A stretch of DNA of 31,088 nt from a virus (lineage: Duplodnaviria; Caudoviricetes): the IMG/VR virus record IMGVR_UViG_3300021082_000477, positions 1 to 31,088 of that record. One strand, written 5' to 3'. The notes beneath the pieces are model-generated. The model made no database searches. It worked only from the letters and a program-made list of their open reading frames with translations, and was not told the DNA's origin. This document shows, one piece after another, positions 9,047 to 18,396 of the stretch; position 1 is the first letter of the stretch; every line of letters starts with the position of its first letter. Made by a program: the position numbers and the translations under genes.

Positions 9047-10476
9047 ACGACTCCCCTTGCGTGCCACTCAACAGTTTTGGAGACTCTAGTTCCTGCCGTA
9101 TTGAAAACGTAGACTGAGAAACCTGTTGGGTCTGGCACATCGACGAAATCTACGACTACGATATACTGCACGATATCTTTCACTGTAGCAGTAACCGTTT
9201 CGATATCCTTGAAGTCCTTAGTGAAAGCTACTGATGTTCCACCTACATCCGTTGAGAGTGCATCTACTTCGCCGCCATCATTCTCACGTTTGGTTTGGAT
9301 GGTAACGACAAAGTTGAAGACTTCAATCAACGCATGATCATCTGCCGGATTGAACTCTAGCCTCACCTTCAAATAGCGCATGTTCGTCACAAACTGAACC
9401 GCGCCAGATGTGAAGGAGGTATAAGTTATGTCATCATCCGACCAGGCCATCTTGACAACGATTGTAACGTCATGGCCGACATGGACCTGATTGAAATTGA
9501 AGGTCGCCGTCGCAATCGTAGCCGAGAAGATGGTTCCAAAATCAATCTTCTCCTCATAGTAACCTGGAGGAGTTCCTGTTGTTTTCGAGGGTTGCCCATA
9601 ATAGGGATAGCCCGCATCAATCTGATCTTGAATAGTGGTCCAGCTATTGTCCGTAAAGTGGTCAGACCAGGTCTTGGATGTATCGACCGGACCTACCAAT
9701 TTATCGGGGATACCTGTTCCTGTCTCCAAGATTACATTGTTGAGGGTCCCGTCAAAAATACTAAGATGGGTAGCTTCAAGGATGAAGTCTGGCGGCTGGT
9801 TAACTGTTACTGATACTTCTGAGTTAGCGCTCTCATTCCCTGCGATATCAACTGCGATGATCTTGTAGGTGTAGACTCCTGCGGTTGACTCAAAGACTGA
9901 TGCGAATGTCCCTCGAGAATTTCCAATCTTTGTCCCGTTCTTATAGATGTCATAATGGTCGATGATGAATGTAGATGGCGGCTCAGTCCAATAGAGAAGG
10001 ACGTTGTTGTCAATTACCTGTGGCGAAATGGGGACGCCAGAGATAAGAGGAACTGTGAATCCTACAGCGATCGCAGATTCAGAATAGTTATTGTCTAAGT
10101 CTATCGATTTGAGAAGGAAGATATAAGTCCCGTATAGGAGAGGGTCTATGTCAGCTTGAGTGTTAACCGTCTTGAATTTGAATGATGCAGAATCCCAAGA
10201 TGACCCTTGTCTTACCTCGTAAAATGTAGCCCCGACTGTAGCCACCCAATTGAAACGAACTGCCCTCCCAGTAGAGAAAGCAGTGAAACCTGTAGGAGTA
10301 TCCGGTGGTTCCTCTCCACCTGTCGGGTCCAGGCTAGTCGAAGCATCCAAACCTTCTACGTCAATTGTAAGGCTAAGGACCTGCTTATTGAGCAACTCCA
10401 AAGCATTATAGAGACGCGGATCTTCACGCCTAATAGGAGCAATTTCGCCTAATACTTTGGCACTAATATCAGGCAT
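9043..10476 (-). CDS. Tail/receptor-binding-associated protein with fibronectin-III-like repeats (477 aa)
   Basis: Two Fn3-like units (PDTPTGF...VRFNW...YEVR; VLLYWTEP...YDIYK...YKIIAVDIAGNES) and a C-terminal H-lectin-like 'GFSVYVFN...VEWHARG'. Confidence 0.65.
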   Translation of the reverse strand: MPDISAKVLGEIAPIRREDPRLYNALELLNKQVLSLTIDVEGLDASTSLDPTGGEEPPDTPTGFTAFSTGRAVRFNWVATVGATFYEVRQGSSWDSASFKFKTVNTQADIDPLLYGTYIFLLKSIDLDNNYSESAIAVGFTVPLISGVPISPQVIDNNVLLYWTEPPSTFIIDHYDIYKNGTKIGNSRGTFASVFESTAGVYTYKIIAVDIAGNESANSEVSVTVNQPPDFILEATHLSIFDGTLNNVILETGTGIPDKLVGPVDTSKTWSDHFTDNSWTTIQDQIDAGYPYYGQPSKTTGTPPGYYEEKIDFGTIFSATIATATFNFNQVHVGHDVTIVVKMAWSDDDITYTSFTSGAVQFVTNMRYLKVRLEFNPADDHALIEVFNFVVTIQTKRENDGGEVDALSTDVGGTSVAFTKDFKDIETVTATVKDIVQYIVVVDFVDVPDPTGFSVYVFNTAGTRVSKTVEWHARGVV

Positions 10477-12325
10477 GGTCCGCCCAGAGCCAAGTGGTCA
10501 GGAGTCCGAACTTACTAACTATCATGTATTCATTGATTGAAGCCATGCGGATGAGTATAGAACATTTCTGTCCTGTAAAATCGAATAATCTTGCCTCGTC
10601 TATTCCTTTGACGATTGATAATGTAATCGGAGTGGCAGTAAATAAGGAGGCTGCATTCTGATTCCTACCACTAATGAGAAGATCCCCTGCTCCATTGATG
10701 TTTAGTATGACACCAGCGAAATGATATATTCCTTCCTCTGTATCTTCTGCTAGGTCACTCGGGATTAAAGCAAACTGATAGAAGTTATCAATTGCATACC
10801 CAAAGTCTGAAGTAGCAGTCGGATCCATCTTGTAGATATTCCCAGTATAGGCTCCAATCTTCAATACTGGTTCTTCTGTGGCGAAGGTCTCATCGACTAC
10901 GATAGTCTGAGCCGAGATTGGAAATGACCAAGGACACCACTTTATGTTCTCACTGTCTAGGCCTTCCTTAAAATCGCCAACTAAGACGACACTAGGAGAG
11001 GTCTGCCCATCAATTGGAGCATTCACATAGATCATAGAATGCTCAGAATCGACAGCTACCTCTACAGTGTGGAAGTATTTCTTATTGATTCTGCTCCACA
11101 GATCGTCAATGTTGACTGTGAGGGGAATCGTTGCGTATGTGCCATTGAATAGACGAAGACCAGAGCGAGTCGCTACAATGGTCTTGTCCTCAATGGTCTC
11201 ACCAAAGTCCAGAATCTTTCCTACACCATGACACTCAGAACCGTGGGAAGCATCAAGATTATCTGGCTTCCAAAACACTGCATTCTGGTCATTGTCAACA
11301 GTGTAGTAAGTTCGCTGACTCTTGTTGATAATTAGCTGAGTTCTGTAGGTATACATATTCCTGACGCCAGCTCCCGCATCACCAGGATTGACTTCAAGGA
11401 ATCCTTCTGCTGCATCTACAGACTCAGGATCACCCTTCTTAGAAATCCAAACAGTTGATTGCTCAGCGTCTGATCCGCCCACGCAAAGCCGACTATTATA
11501 GTTCGTGATACAAACTCCAGCAGGGATCTCTTCCAATTGCTCAAGGAGGAAGGAGGCATCCTGAACTAGGTCCGCATCGTAGTAATCGACAGTGAGGGTA
11601 GTTGAGACGTTATTGTCTATTTGTCCGCCAGGGATGAGATAGTAAGTCTGGTTAATGAAGTCTCCATTAAAGCTTGCAACGATTTTAGTAGATACAAGCA
11701 CTCTAGCAACGACATAAGCCGGTCCGGTTCCGATGTTACTAATGTCAAGCTTCCTGGCCCCAATATTTGTAATAGAAACAAATCCTGAGGGCTTTGTAAT
11801 AAATCCCGTATTGGTAATATAGGATACCCCAATGAGATGAATTCCAGCCTCAACCTTTCCAGAGTTAGGAGAGTTCGCAGCTGTAAGAGTAAAGCCTGTC
11901 GGAGAAGTTCCTGCTGCGGGTCTGGCGGTTCCTGCCCCAGTGTAAACATAGACTATCTCTCCAGGCAATCCGACTTTACCATCATGGGGGGTGATATAAG
12001 CACGACCATACATCACTACCACTGAGAAGTCGGTCATTGCGCCGATGGTCAGGATAGGCACGCCAAGGTTTGTCGAGTCGAATAGTTCTCCTACGCTATT
12101 GAGGATAAGAAGTCTCTGTGCCTGTCCTGGGATACGGAAGATTGCAGCTCTACGAACACTGGCAATCGAATAGTCGAGGGTGCTACCTATCCTTGTCCTG
12201 AATCCTCTTTTAGTAAACTCCAGATTAGAACAGGAGAGGGAGAAGTCTAACGGACAGACCTCTTCCTCCCCATTGAGATGGAGACCACGAAACCGAGTTA
12301 TCCGCTTGACCTCATGATCTCTCAT
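10469..12325 (-). CDS. Tail nozzle / DNA-stabilisation protein (P22 gp10 / T7 gp12-like beta-propeller)
   Basis: 618 aa, beta-rich; 'FRGL....' N-terminus with 'NLEF....FRTR.G' and 'YNSRLCVGG....TVWISK.GDPES' motifs; follows the connector gene. Confidence 0.7.
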   Translation of the reverse strand: MRDHEVKRITRFRGLHLNGEEEVCPLDFSLSCSNLEFTKRGFRTRIGSTLDYSIASVRRAAIFRIPGQAQRLLILNSVGELFDSTNLGVPILTIGAMTDFSVVVMYGRAYITPHDGKVGLPGEIVYVYTGAGTARPAAGTSPTGFTLTAANSPNSGKVEAGIHLIGVSYITNTGFITKPSGFVSITNIGARKLDISNIGTGPAYVVARVLVSTKIVASFNGDFINQTYYLIPGGQIDNNVSTTLTVDYYDADLVQDASFLLEQLEEIPAGVCITNYNSRLCVGGSDAEQSTVWISKKGDPESVDAAEGFLEVNPGDAGAGVRNMYTYRTQLIINKSQRTYYTVDNDQNAVFWKPDNLDASHGSECHGVGKILDFGETIEDKTIVATRSGLRLFNGTYATIPLTVNIDDLWSRINKKYFHTVEVAVDSEHSMIYVNAPIDGQTSPSVVLVGDFKEGLDSENIKWCPWSFPISAQTIVVDETFATEEPVLKIGAYTGNIYKMDPTATSDFGYAIDNFYQFALIPSDLAEDTEEGIYHFAGVILNINGAGDLLISGRNQNAASLFTATPITLSIVKGIDEARLFDFTGQKCSILIRMASINEYMIVSKFGLLTTWLWADHA

Positions 12326-12328
12326 GGT

Positions 12329-12976
12329 TTACAGTCCGGTAGCAACCTGACGATAGAGCGTGATGAATCGGAAGACTCCAACCGCCGTGCCAGGATTGGT
12401 CGGAGCTGATGCCGTCACCAGATTGATCCCAGTGTTCTCGGTGATTGTAAGGAAGGTCGCTGCGAGAGGCACGAACTTGATGATCTTGTCCGCAGCTGCC
12501 TGGATGAAGTTGGCATTGCTGACCAGACCAGATAGAGCCGCGCCACCGCCGCCGATGTTGATGGTCGTGTTGCCACCGCCCGTGTATGCCGCGACGCCGA
12601 AGTCGTTGATCAGGATGGTTGAGATCCAGTCATTGACGATGTGAGCACCCGCAGCGGCGACCATCTCGTAACCGTTTGCGTGGCCGAGCTGTCCTGCCGA
12701 CGTGCCGGTGATGAAGGCAGAACTGATCGTCCCAGATACGACTCTGGTCTGACCTGCCTCCCTCTGAAGCCAGATTGGAGCAGCTTTTGTTCCGACGTTG
12801 TAGTAGGAGAACCCAGTAACGATGTCGATGTATTCGGAGCCAGGACCAGCATACCCAGCTCCATCCGTTCCATCGACAGGAGCGCCACTCCCGGTGATTG
12901 ACCTCAGTGCATTGCGAATGCGAGCAGTAAGGTCGGCCTGATAGCTTGCAGCAGTGAGTTTCGTGAGAACAGACAT
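12329..12976 (-). CDS. Virion structural protein (spike/decoration-like, 215 aa)
   Basis: 'GSGAPVDG...GPGSEYID...YYNVGT..AP.W' motif common in phage fibre/spike bases; G/A/T-rich. Confidence 0.6.
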   Translation of the reverse strand: MSVLTKLTAASYQADLTARIRNALRSITGSGAPVDGTDGAGYAGPGSEYIDIVTGFSYYNVGTKAAPIWLQREAGQTRVVSGTISSAFITGTSAGQLGHANGYEMVAAAGAHIVNDWISTILINDFGVAAYTGGGNTTINIGGGGAALSGLVSNANFIQAAADKIIKFVPLAATFLTITENTGINLVTASAPTNPGTAVGVFRFITLYRQVATGL

Positions 12977-13016
12977 TTGGTTCCTTCCAGGGCAATCGCC
13001 CAGTCAAACAGAAAGG

Positions 13017-13664
13017 TCACTGACGGTAACGATTAACTCTCCTTCGGACCGGCATAGATTGTCTGCCCTTTACTCTGATCCCTTTGAGATCCTCCCAGAG
13101 AAGCTGTGCGTCCTGATTGAGCGCCGTAGCCCTTGTAGGATTCTCACCAAGAACCAGAGCGGCAATGGCAGCAGTTCTAGAAGCAAGATAGATGTCACTA
13201 TCAGCAATTTCAAGTGGAGTTGTGTCCGCAGTAATTGGCGTCAGTGACTTCCAATACTTCATGTAGAGGAGTCGATCTGTGGTAGCCCCGACGAAATGAA
13301 TCTGTTCCTCCCTAAAAGAGTAATAACGGAGAGTCGTAGCTCGCTCGAAGTCCGGCTCCCAGTTATACTCTGTCATCGTCGACCATTGCTCCGACGTGTT
13401 TCCCCTCTCCTTCAACTCGACAGGATAAAGGAAATTATTTGGAAGGCCAGCACCGTCAGTCAAAGCGACGACATTGGCTAACACAGTCTGGGAAGTCGAC
13501 GCTTCACGGGCAGTCGATATCCCAGCTTTCGTCAGCTTAACCTGGAGCTCCCGATACGCCTTCGCAAGCAGTGGGAGGAGTTTCGCTGTTGTGTAGCTGA
13601 TACCCGCAGAGTCGTGAAGTAATGACTGGGCGAGTGTTATCGCTGCTGCCGCTGTTGTCGCCAT
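13017..13664 (-). CDS. Head-tail connector/adaptor (P22 gp4 / T7 gp11-like)
   Basis: Helix-beta-helix architecture (ITLAQSLL...LLAKAYREL...LPNNF...YLASRTAAIAA); position after the capsid genes. Confidence 0.6.
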   Translation of the reverse strand: MATTAAAAITLAQSLLHDSAGISYTTAKLLPLLAKAYRELQVKLTKAGISTAREASTSQTVLANVVALTDGAGLPNNFLYPVELKERGNTSEQWSTMTEYNWEPDFERATTLRYYSFREEQIHFVGATTDRLLYMKYWKSLTPITADTTPLEIADSDIYLASRTAAIAALVLGENPTRATALNQDAQLLWEDLKGIRVKGRQSMPVRRRVNRYRQ

Positions 13665-13679
13665 TATGCGCCTTCCTAA

Positions 13680-13696
13680 TGTTCATCCGGCGAACT
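13680..13696. promoter_or_regulatory. Palindromic site, near copy (1 mismatch, intergenic, opposite orientation)
   Basis: TGTTCATCCGGCGAACT. Confidence 0.55.
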
Positions 13697-14373
13697 TATT
13701 TCGTTACTGTCTGAGCCGCCGGAGAGGTCACGTTCGAGTATTTCTCTTTGGTCAGATCACCGTGGCAGCCAGCACACACAACTGCCCGAGGATCAACCAT
13801 CGTGAAACAGAACTTGCACCGACTCTGGGCTTCCTTGATCTCCTGCTCGATGAGCCATTCCTTGCTGGTCAATCCCATCGACATCGCAGCGTAGCGTTGA
13901 GTCGGGGTGATCAGAGAATGGCGTCGATACTTTGCCCAGTCATCGTCGGCGGCGAACACGAGGGTCTCGAACCACTTCATCTGGAGGCGTTCCATCTCCA
14001 GGAGGACCGCTGCGTGCTGTGCCTTGAAGAGTGCTTTGCCCTCGGGAGTATTCGGGAACTCTCCGTAAACCCATGAGAGGCCCGGCTCGGCGACCCCGGA
14101 AACGAATCCATGATTGGAATACTTGAAGTCGTTGACGATGGATGCCGCCACCGTATCCGACGGGTCAGGCACGATCAGCCGTGGCCTTGACTCATCCAGG
14201 TATACGGCGTGCTGGCACCTCTCGATAACGAGAAGCTGAAAGTCACCAGCCTTGACCTTGTCCATCTTGAACTCTCCCGGAATGAGACCGGGCTTGCTCT
14301 CGTTGATAGAAAAGGGAAGGATGGATACAACTGTTGAAACGTCTCTCACTCTGGGCCGTGATGCTGTTGACAT
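13696..14373 (-). CDS. Hypothetical protein with C-terminal zinc ribbon (CKFC-x10-CAGC)
   Basis: 225 aa; two CxxC pairs near the C-terminus; TAATG-coupled to the upstream gene. Confidence 0.75.
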   Translation of the reverse strand: MSTASRPRVRDVSTVVSILPFSINESKPGLIPGEFKMDKVKAGDFQLLVIERCQHAVYLDESRPRLIVPDPSDTVAASIVNDFKYSNHGFVSGVAEPGLSWVYGEFPNTPEGKALFKAQHAAVLLEMERLQMKWFETLVFAADDDWAKYRRHSLITPTQRYAAMSMGLTSKEWLIEQEIKEAQSRCKFCFTMVDPRAVVCAGCHGDLTKEKYSNVTSPAAQTVTK

Positions 14374-14957
14374 TATCTACTCCACATCTGCTGTTTGTGA
14401 GACTCTTGGAAGGCAAAGTTCTCAAATGACGTAAGAGGAGATCTTCCAATCTCTCCTAGATAAGCTTCTACTTCCTTATCCTCGTTCTCCTCGAATTTCT
14501 TTCTGAGGTCTTCCCGTTCATTCCCACGGGTGTATCCTGGCCCCTGCTGCAAACAGACCATGATGAGATCAACTGCCCACCAGACAACAGGAAGTGCATT
14601 CCCCTGCGGATCTTGGAAAAGATAAATGAGCTCGTAGGTTCCATTTCTGGCGCCTTCAATCTCCATCTCCATGATCTTGTTATCGCCGAGAAACGTCAAA
14701 CGCTCCAGTGCCCACCGATGCATACAGTAGGAATATTTGAGACAGTCTTTCATCCCAAACCACTTCCTGATAAAGATGTTACCTGACGGGCTATACTCCT
14801 CATGCCATCCAATTCTCTTTTCGTGCTGATCGCTAGTCCATGCGATTCGAAAGAGTGGACGCCCATCAAGAGTAGAGCCAAACTCAGCTAACTTCTTGTT
14901 GATGCCCTCGATTACTATGAGGTCTGTGATATTGTGTCCGGTCCGTGATTCGTTCAT
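14373..14957 (-). CDS. Hypothetical phage protein (194 aa, MNESRTG...)
   Basis: GAGGG ribosome-binding site before ATG 14957; the ORF-track start at 15005 lies inside a terminator hairpin. Confidence 0.75.
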   Translation of the reverse strand: MNESRTGHNITDLIVIEGINKKLAEFGSTLDGRPLFRIAWTSDQHEKRIGWHEEYSPSGNIFIRKWFGMKDCLKYSYCMHRWALERLTFLGDNKIMEMEIEGARNGTYELIYLFQDPQGNALPVVWWAVDLIMVCLQQGPGYTRGNEREDLRKKFEENEDKEVEAYLGEIGRSPLTSFENFAFQESHKQQMWSR

Positions 14958-14966
14958 AATCCCTCT

Positions 14967-15006
14967 AAAAGATGGCAGGAGGGGCAACCACTCCCCTCCC
15001 ACCACC
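14967..15006 (-). terminator. Rho-independent terminator after the capsid/decoration genes
   Basis: Minus strand GGTGGTGGGAGGGG-agtggttg-CCCCTCCTGCCATC followed by TTTT. Confidence 0.75.
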
Positions 15007-15028
15007 TATCACGCATCCCAGTTTTCGA

Positions 15029-15373
15029 CTAGGACACGTAACTTGGATACCAGAGGCCGGAGTTCTTGTCGTAGGTCATGAAGAGGATTTTCCCCACAAC
15101 CGCCGTGAACGCCAGACCAATTGCTTTCGCCGTCGCCGTGCCAGTTCCACCAGTCGCACCGGTGAAAGCGCCAGTTGGACGAAGCGCGATAGTTCCCTCG
15201 AATCCCTCGTAAGGGAGGCCGAAGGTTGTGATCGCGTTCGTGCCGGAGACGACCGTCAACCATCCAGTCACCGCAGGCTGGAGACCGGCGACGGAAGCAA
15301 CAGTGCCTCCGTGAATGCCGAGTTCCTTTGTCCCGAGGTGCTGGAAGTTGGGCCAGAGAGCAGGTGATGCCAT
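15029..15373 (-). CDS. Capsid decoration/cement-like protein (114 aa, MASPALWPNF...)
   Basis: GAGGAG ribosome-binding site; directly after the capsid gene and before the terminator; G/T/A-rich beta protein ending 'MTYD..SGLWYPSY'. Confidence 0.65.
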   Translation of the reverse strand: MASPALWPNFQHLGTKELGIHGGTVASVAGLQPAVTGWLTVVSGTNAITTFGLPYEGFEGTIALRPTGAFTGATGGTGTATAKAIGLAFTAVVGKILFMTYDKNSGLWYPSYVS

Positions 15374-15386
15374 GTTCGCAGTCTCC

Positions 15387-16670
15387 TCAGTAGCCCGACG
15401 GCACTTCCAGCGAATCGATGTAACCGCAAATCGCTGGATTGTCGACGAAGGTGTTGAATGATACAACGATGTAAAAGAGAGAAGCGGCAGCGACGCCACC
15501 GGATGCACCACGGACGGGGAACAGCTTCACGCCGTCCTCCTCGTAGTATCCAGGTGCGTTCATCTCGGCTCGACCCCAGGTTTCGTTCACGACCCAGTCG
15601 ATACGGGTCCGATCCCAGGAGTTCGATTCCTTGATGGGCGTGCCGGCGATGGAATTGACTGAGAAATACAGATCGAGGTTCGGGCTCTTCTCGGTCGTCC
15701 GGTTGATGACCTGAACGGACTGTCCGAGTTCCTCTAACCCCTGCACCTGCGCCGGATGCGTCCACGCCTGCATCTTGACGCCGTTCTCGAGGCCGACGCG
15801 ATCGCGAATCTTGTTGACCAAGAGGCGAGCATACGTCAGCTTGAGCGGGCCAGAATTGGCGTTGACGCGATTGGCGCGAATCTCGGGAGTCACATCCCTT
15901 GCGAACCCGAGCCACGTTCCCGTCGATGCATCGCTGTGATGGTATTTGACCCCGAGAAGACCCACAGGGTTGGCGCCGGACAGTCCAGCAACCACCACCT
16001 TGTCGCCTGCCGTGATCGAGGTGTAAGTCCCCGAGACGCGGAACTTGTGGTTCGACATGTCGATGAGGTCGATACGGAGAGCCGTCCCTTCCGAGTCACC
16101 AGGCGACACGGGAGTGATGGCGCGAGCGGCGGCGATCGTCGAATCATACACCGACACATACTGCCCGAAGCGGAGAAGGCGGATCCGATAGCCGTCCGTC
16201 GTGCAGGTGATCGTGTCCTTGCCGCCAGACGTAGCGACAGAGGTCACGGTAGCGACGACGCCATCACCGGCAGTCATCAGCTGTGAATCGAGCTGTCGAC
16301 GGAACTCACCCATCGACTTTGCAAGAAGGTGACGGAAGGAGTTGACCACCGACTTGCGCGTGTCGTCGGTTGCCCACTGAGCCTTCTTCTGCCACTCGAC
16401 TGCGAACTTCAGATGCACCGTGGAGACAGTCGCCTTGTCGAAGGTTGGACCATCGCCACGTCCGAGGTCTCCGCCAGCGGGGTCGAAATAGCCGAACCGA
16501 CCGCCAGGACGAAGTTCCAAGGGCACCCGCATATCGCGAGCCGAGACCTTATCCACGGGACGCTTCTCGATGTTCCCGTAGAAATACGCGTCGCGGTCGA
16601 AGAGCACGGGGACCTTTGTCTTGGTCTTCTCGAGCTCAGCACCGACGACCTGGGCCTCTGTTTGAGCCAT
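15387..16670 (-). CDS. Major capsid protein (HK97 fold, 427 aa)
   Basis: Follows the acidic scaffold; size, spine-helix-like 'FRHLLAKSMGEFRRQLDSQL' and C-terminal 'NPAICGYIDSL'; GC-rich optimised codons. Confidence 0.85.
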   Translation of the reverse strand: MAQTEAQVVGAELEKTKTKVPVLFDRDAYFYGNIEKRPVDKVSARDMRVPLELRPGGRFGYFDPAGGDLGRGDGPTFDKATVSTVHLKFAVEWQKKAQWATDDTRKSVVNSFRHLLAKSMGEFRRQLDSQLMTAGDGVVATVTSVATSGGKDTITCTTDGYRIRLLRFGQYVSVYDSTIAAARAITPVSPGDSEGTALRIDLIDMSNHKFRVSGTYTSITAGDKVVVAGLSGANPVGLLGVKYHHSDASTGTWLGFARDVTPEIRANRVNANSGPLKLTYARLLVNKIRDRVGLENGVKMQAWTHPAQVQGLEELGQSVQVINRTTEKSPNLDLYFSVNSIAGTPIKESNSWDRTRIDWVVNETWGRAEMNAPGYYEEDGVKLFPVRGASGGVAAASLFYIVVSFNTFVDNPAICGYIDSLEVPSGY

Positions 16671-16685
16671 TGTCGCGTTCCTTGT

Positions 16686-18089
16686 TTAGTTACGGCCCTT
16701 CAGCTTGACCTTATCTCCACCTTCGTCGCTGAGGATGTCCAAGTCAGACGTCTTTCTCCAATCGATTTTACGGGAATCGAGAACCGTAGAGCGACGTCCT
16801 GAACCGCCACCGCGACCCGATGAATCAAATGTCCGCTTCTTGACCTTCTTTTGATTCGTCTGTTCCTCTCCTGTTGCATCGATGGGCTTCTTCTTTCCCT
16901 TCAACGCCTCACGAGTAAGCCTGTCTCTGATCTCTCTCACGAGCGGGTTGGCGCGGGCGACGAGCGCTTGGTATATCGCCACTTTACTCTGCTCGGAGTA
17001 TTCGGACGTTCGGGCTTTACGCCACAATTGCCGAAATCTTGTGCCGAATTGGGGGTCTTTGTTAATCTGGGTCATCGTCTCGTCGAGCGTCTTGTTCACA
17101 ATGAACTCACGCTCAATCGCCGACAACCGATTACTCATGCCCTGCCCAATCGCAATCTTCAGTGTCCGGTCAATACGACCATTCACATCGCCGGAGGCCC
17201 TTGCGAGTTCCCGCTTGGCAGCTTTCTCTCGTTCTTCCTCGAGTGCCACCTCCGCAGGATGTTTCCCACCGACCTTTGTAATGTCCTGGATCTCCCCACC
17301 ATCGGCAAATACATAGTTGGAGATCCACTTGGCAGAGCGGATAAGATTTTCACCCTCTTTGCCACCAATCTTCTTGCCATGTGCCGTCGCGTGAAAGACC
17401 ATCTCGCGGATGATAGGCTCGACAGCATTCTGGAAATATGCGTCGCCATCCATCTCACGAATCGTAGGAAGCAGCCCGGACACAAACTTCTTGTATCCTT
17501 CAGCGCTCCCCTCCTTGACAGTCTCGAGGAAACCCTTGACGTTTCCGCCGAGGACTTGCTCTTCAATTTCGTCATAGTGAGCCGCTTTCGTCACCACAAC
17601 TTGAGCGTCTTCAGGAGTCGCAAACTGCTCCTGGAATTTCGGGTAGTTGAAATACATCTCCCGGAGAGCAGGGAACTGTTTGAAGACTCCAGCGTCCTTG
17701 AGTTGCTTGGCGGTGGGGCGGCCTACAACGACAGGCTTTGCATCCTCATCACCAGGCTTCTCTCCCTTTTTCTCTGGATCTTCTTCCTCTTCCTCGTCCT
17801 CGTCGTCTGACGTTTCCTCGTCGTCTTCGTCAGCATCAGGATCTTCCTCGTCCCCCTCTTCGTCTTCCTCTCCATCATCCTTCGCCCGTTCCTTGGGCTT
17901 CCGAGTAGGGGTCTCGTCATCTTCTTCGAGCTCCTCATCTTCCTCGCCTGATTCTTCTTCACCTGATTCAAGAGCTGCAAGATCCTGATTGAGATCATCG
18001 ACCCCTTCAAGATTCCCATCGCCAGCCGCACCACCACCCTCTCCCTCAAAAAAGAGAGGATGCTTTTGAAGAAAATCGAGAAATCTCAT
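16686..18089 (-). CDS. Capsid scaffolding protein (467 aa)
   Basis: 'PLFFEGEGGG' start, extremely D/E-rich N-terminus, helical core, basic C-terminus; immediately upstream of the capsid gene. Confidence 0.75.
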   Translation of the reverse strand: MRFLDFLQKHPLFFEGEGGGAAGDGNLEGVDDLNQDLAALESGEEESGEEDEELEEDDETPTRKPKERAKDDGEEDEEGDEEDPDADEDDEETSDDEDEEEEEDPEKKGEKPGDEDAKPVVVGRPTAKQLKDAGVFKQFPALREMYFNYPKFQEQFATPEDAQVVVTKAAHYDEIEEQVLGGNVKGFLETVKEGSAEGYKKFVSGLLPTIREMDGDAYFQNAVEPIIREMVFHATAHGKKIGGKEGENLIRSAKWISNYVFADGGEIQDITKVGGKHPAEVALEEEREKAAKRELARASGDVNGRIDRTLKIAIGQGMSNRLSAIEREFIVNKTLDETMTQINKDPQFGTRFRQLWRKARTSEYSEQSKVAIYQALVARANPLVREIRDRLTREALKGKKKPIDATGEEQTNQKKVKKRTFDSSGRGGGSGRRSTVLDSRKIDWRKTSDLDILSDEGGDKVKLKGRN

Positions 18090-18101
18090 TATGTTCTCCT
18101 G

Positions 18102-18395
18102 TTACTTGCAGATCGGAATTGGTTGTGGTTGATTGATGAATCCCTTATAGGATGCACCCTCTTTTTTGCACGCATCCCTCATCTGTTGGACAAGCTCTTT
18201 GCCTGTCTTCTTATTCTGCTCCAGAGCCATGACCTGTCGCAGCTGAGCAATCTGATCCTGAAGCTGCTTGTTCTGCGCTACGACTTGAGCTATCTGTGAG
18301 GCCAGAGCATCGACCTCCTGCTTCGAAGCCTCCTGAGCATTAACAGTCGCACTCAGGAGGAGCGCAATGATAACGGAACTGATAAACTTGGTCAT
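18102..18395 (-). CDS. Secreted coiled-coil protein with Sec signal peptide (97 aa)
   Basis: MTKFISSVIIALLLSATVNA|QE; Q-rich heptads; 2 Cys in the C-terminal part. Confidence 0.8.
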   Translation of the reverse strand: MTKFISSVIIALLLSATVNAQEASKQEVDALASQIAQVVAQNKQLQDQIAQLRQVMALEQNKKTGKELVQQMRDACKKEGASYKGFINQPQPIPICK

Positions 18396-18396
18396 T

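Noticed and set aside
15029-15511. Programmed frameshift fusing the capsid protein to the downstream decoration protein (the +1 frame is open across the capsid gene end)
   Set aside because: No convincing slippery site, and the downstream gene has its own GAGGAG site and ATG at 15373
15268-16802. Several alternative-frame and antisense ORFs over the capsid gene
   Set aside because: Expected from GC-rich codon bias; R/S/P-rich translations with no recognisable features
17093-17107. TGTTCACAATGAACT as another palindrome copy
   Set aside because: 5-nt spacer and a mismatch; compatible with chance
16851-17810. 319-aa plus-strand ORF
   Set aside because: Antisense shadow of the scaffold gene; no ribosome-binding site and no protein-like features
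17770-17965. TCx triplet-like repeats
   Set aside because: Explained by Asp/Glu codons of the acidic scaffold N-terminus
18102-18395. Spanin call for the secreted coiled-coil protein
   Set aside because: Cleavable SPI-type signal with no lipobox or membrane anchor, and no adjacent lysis genes
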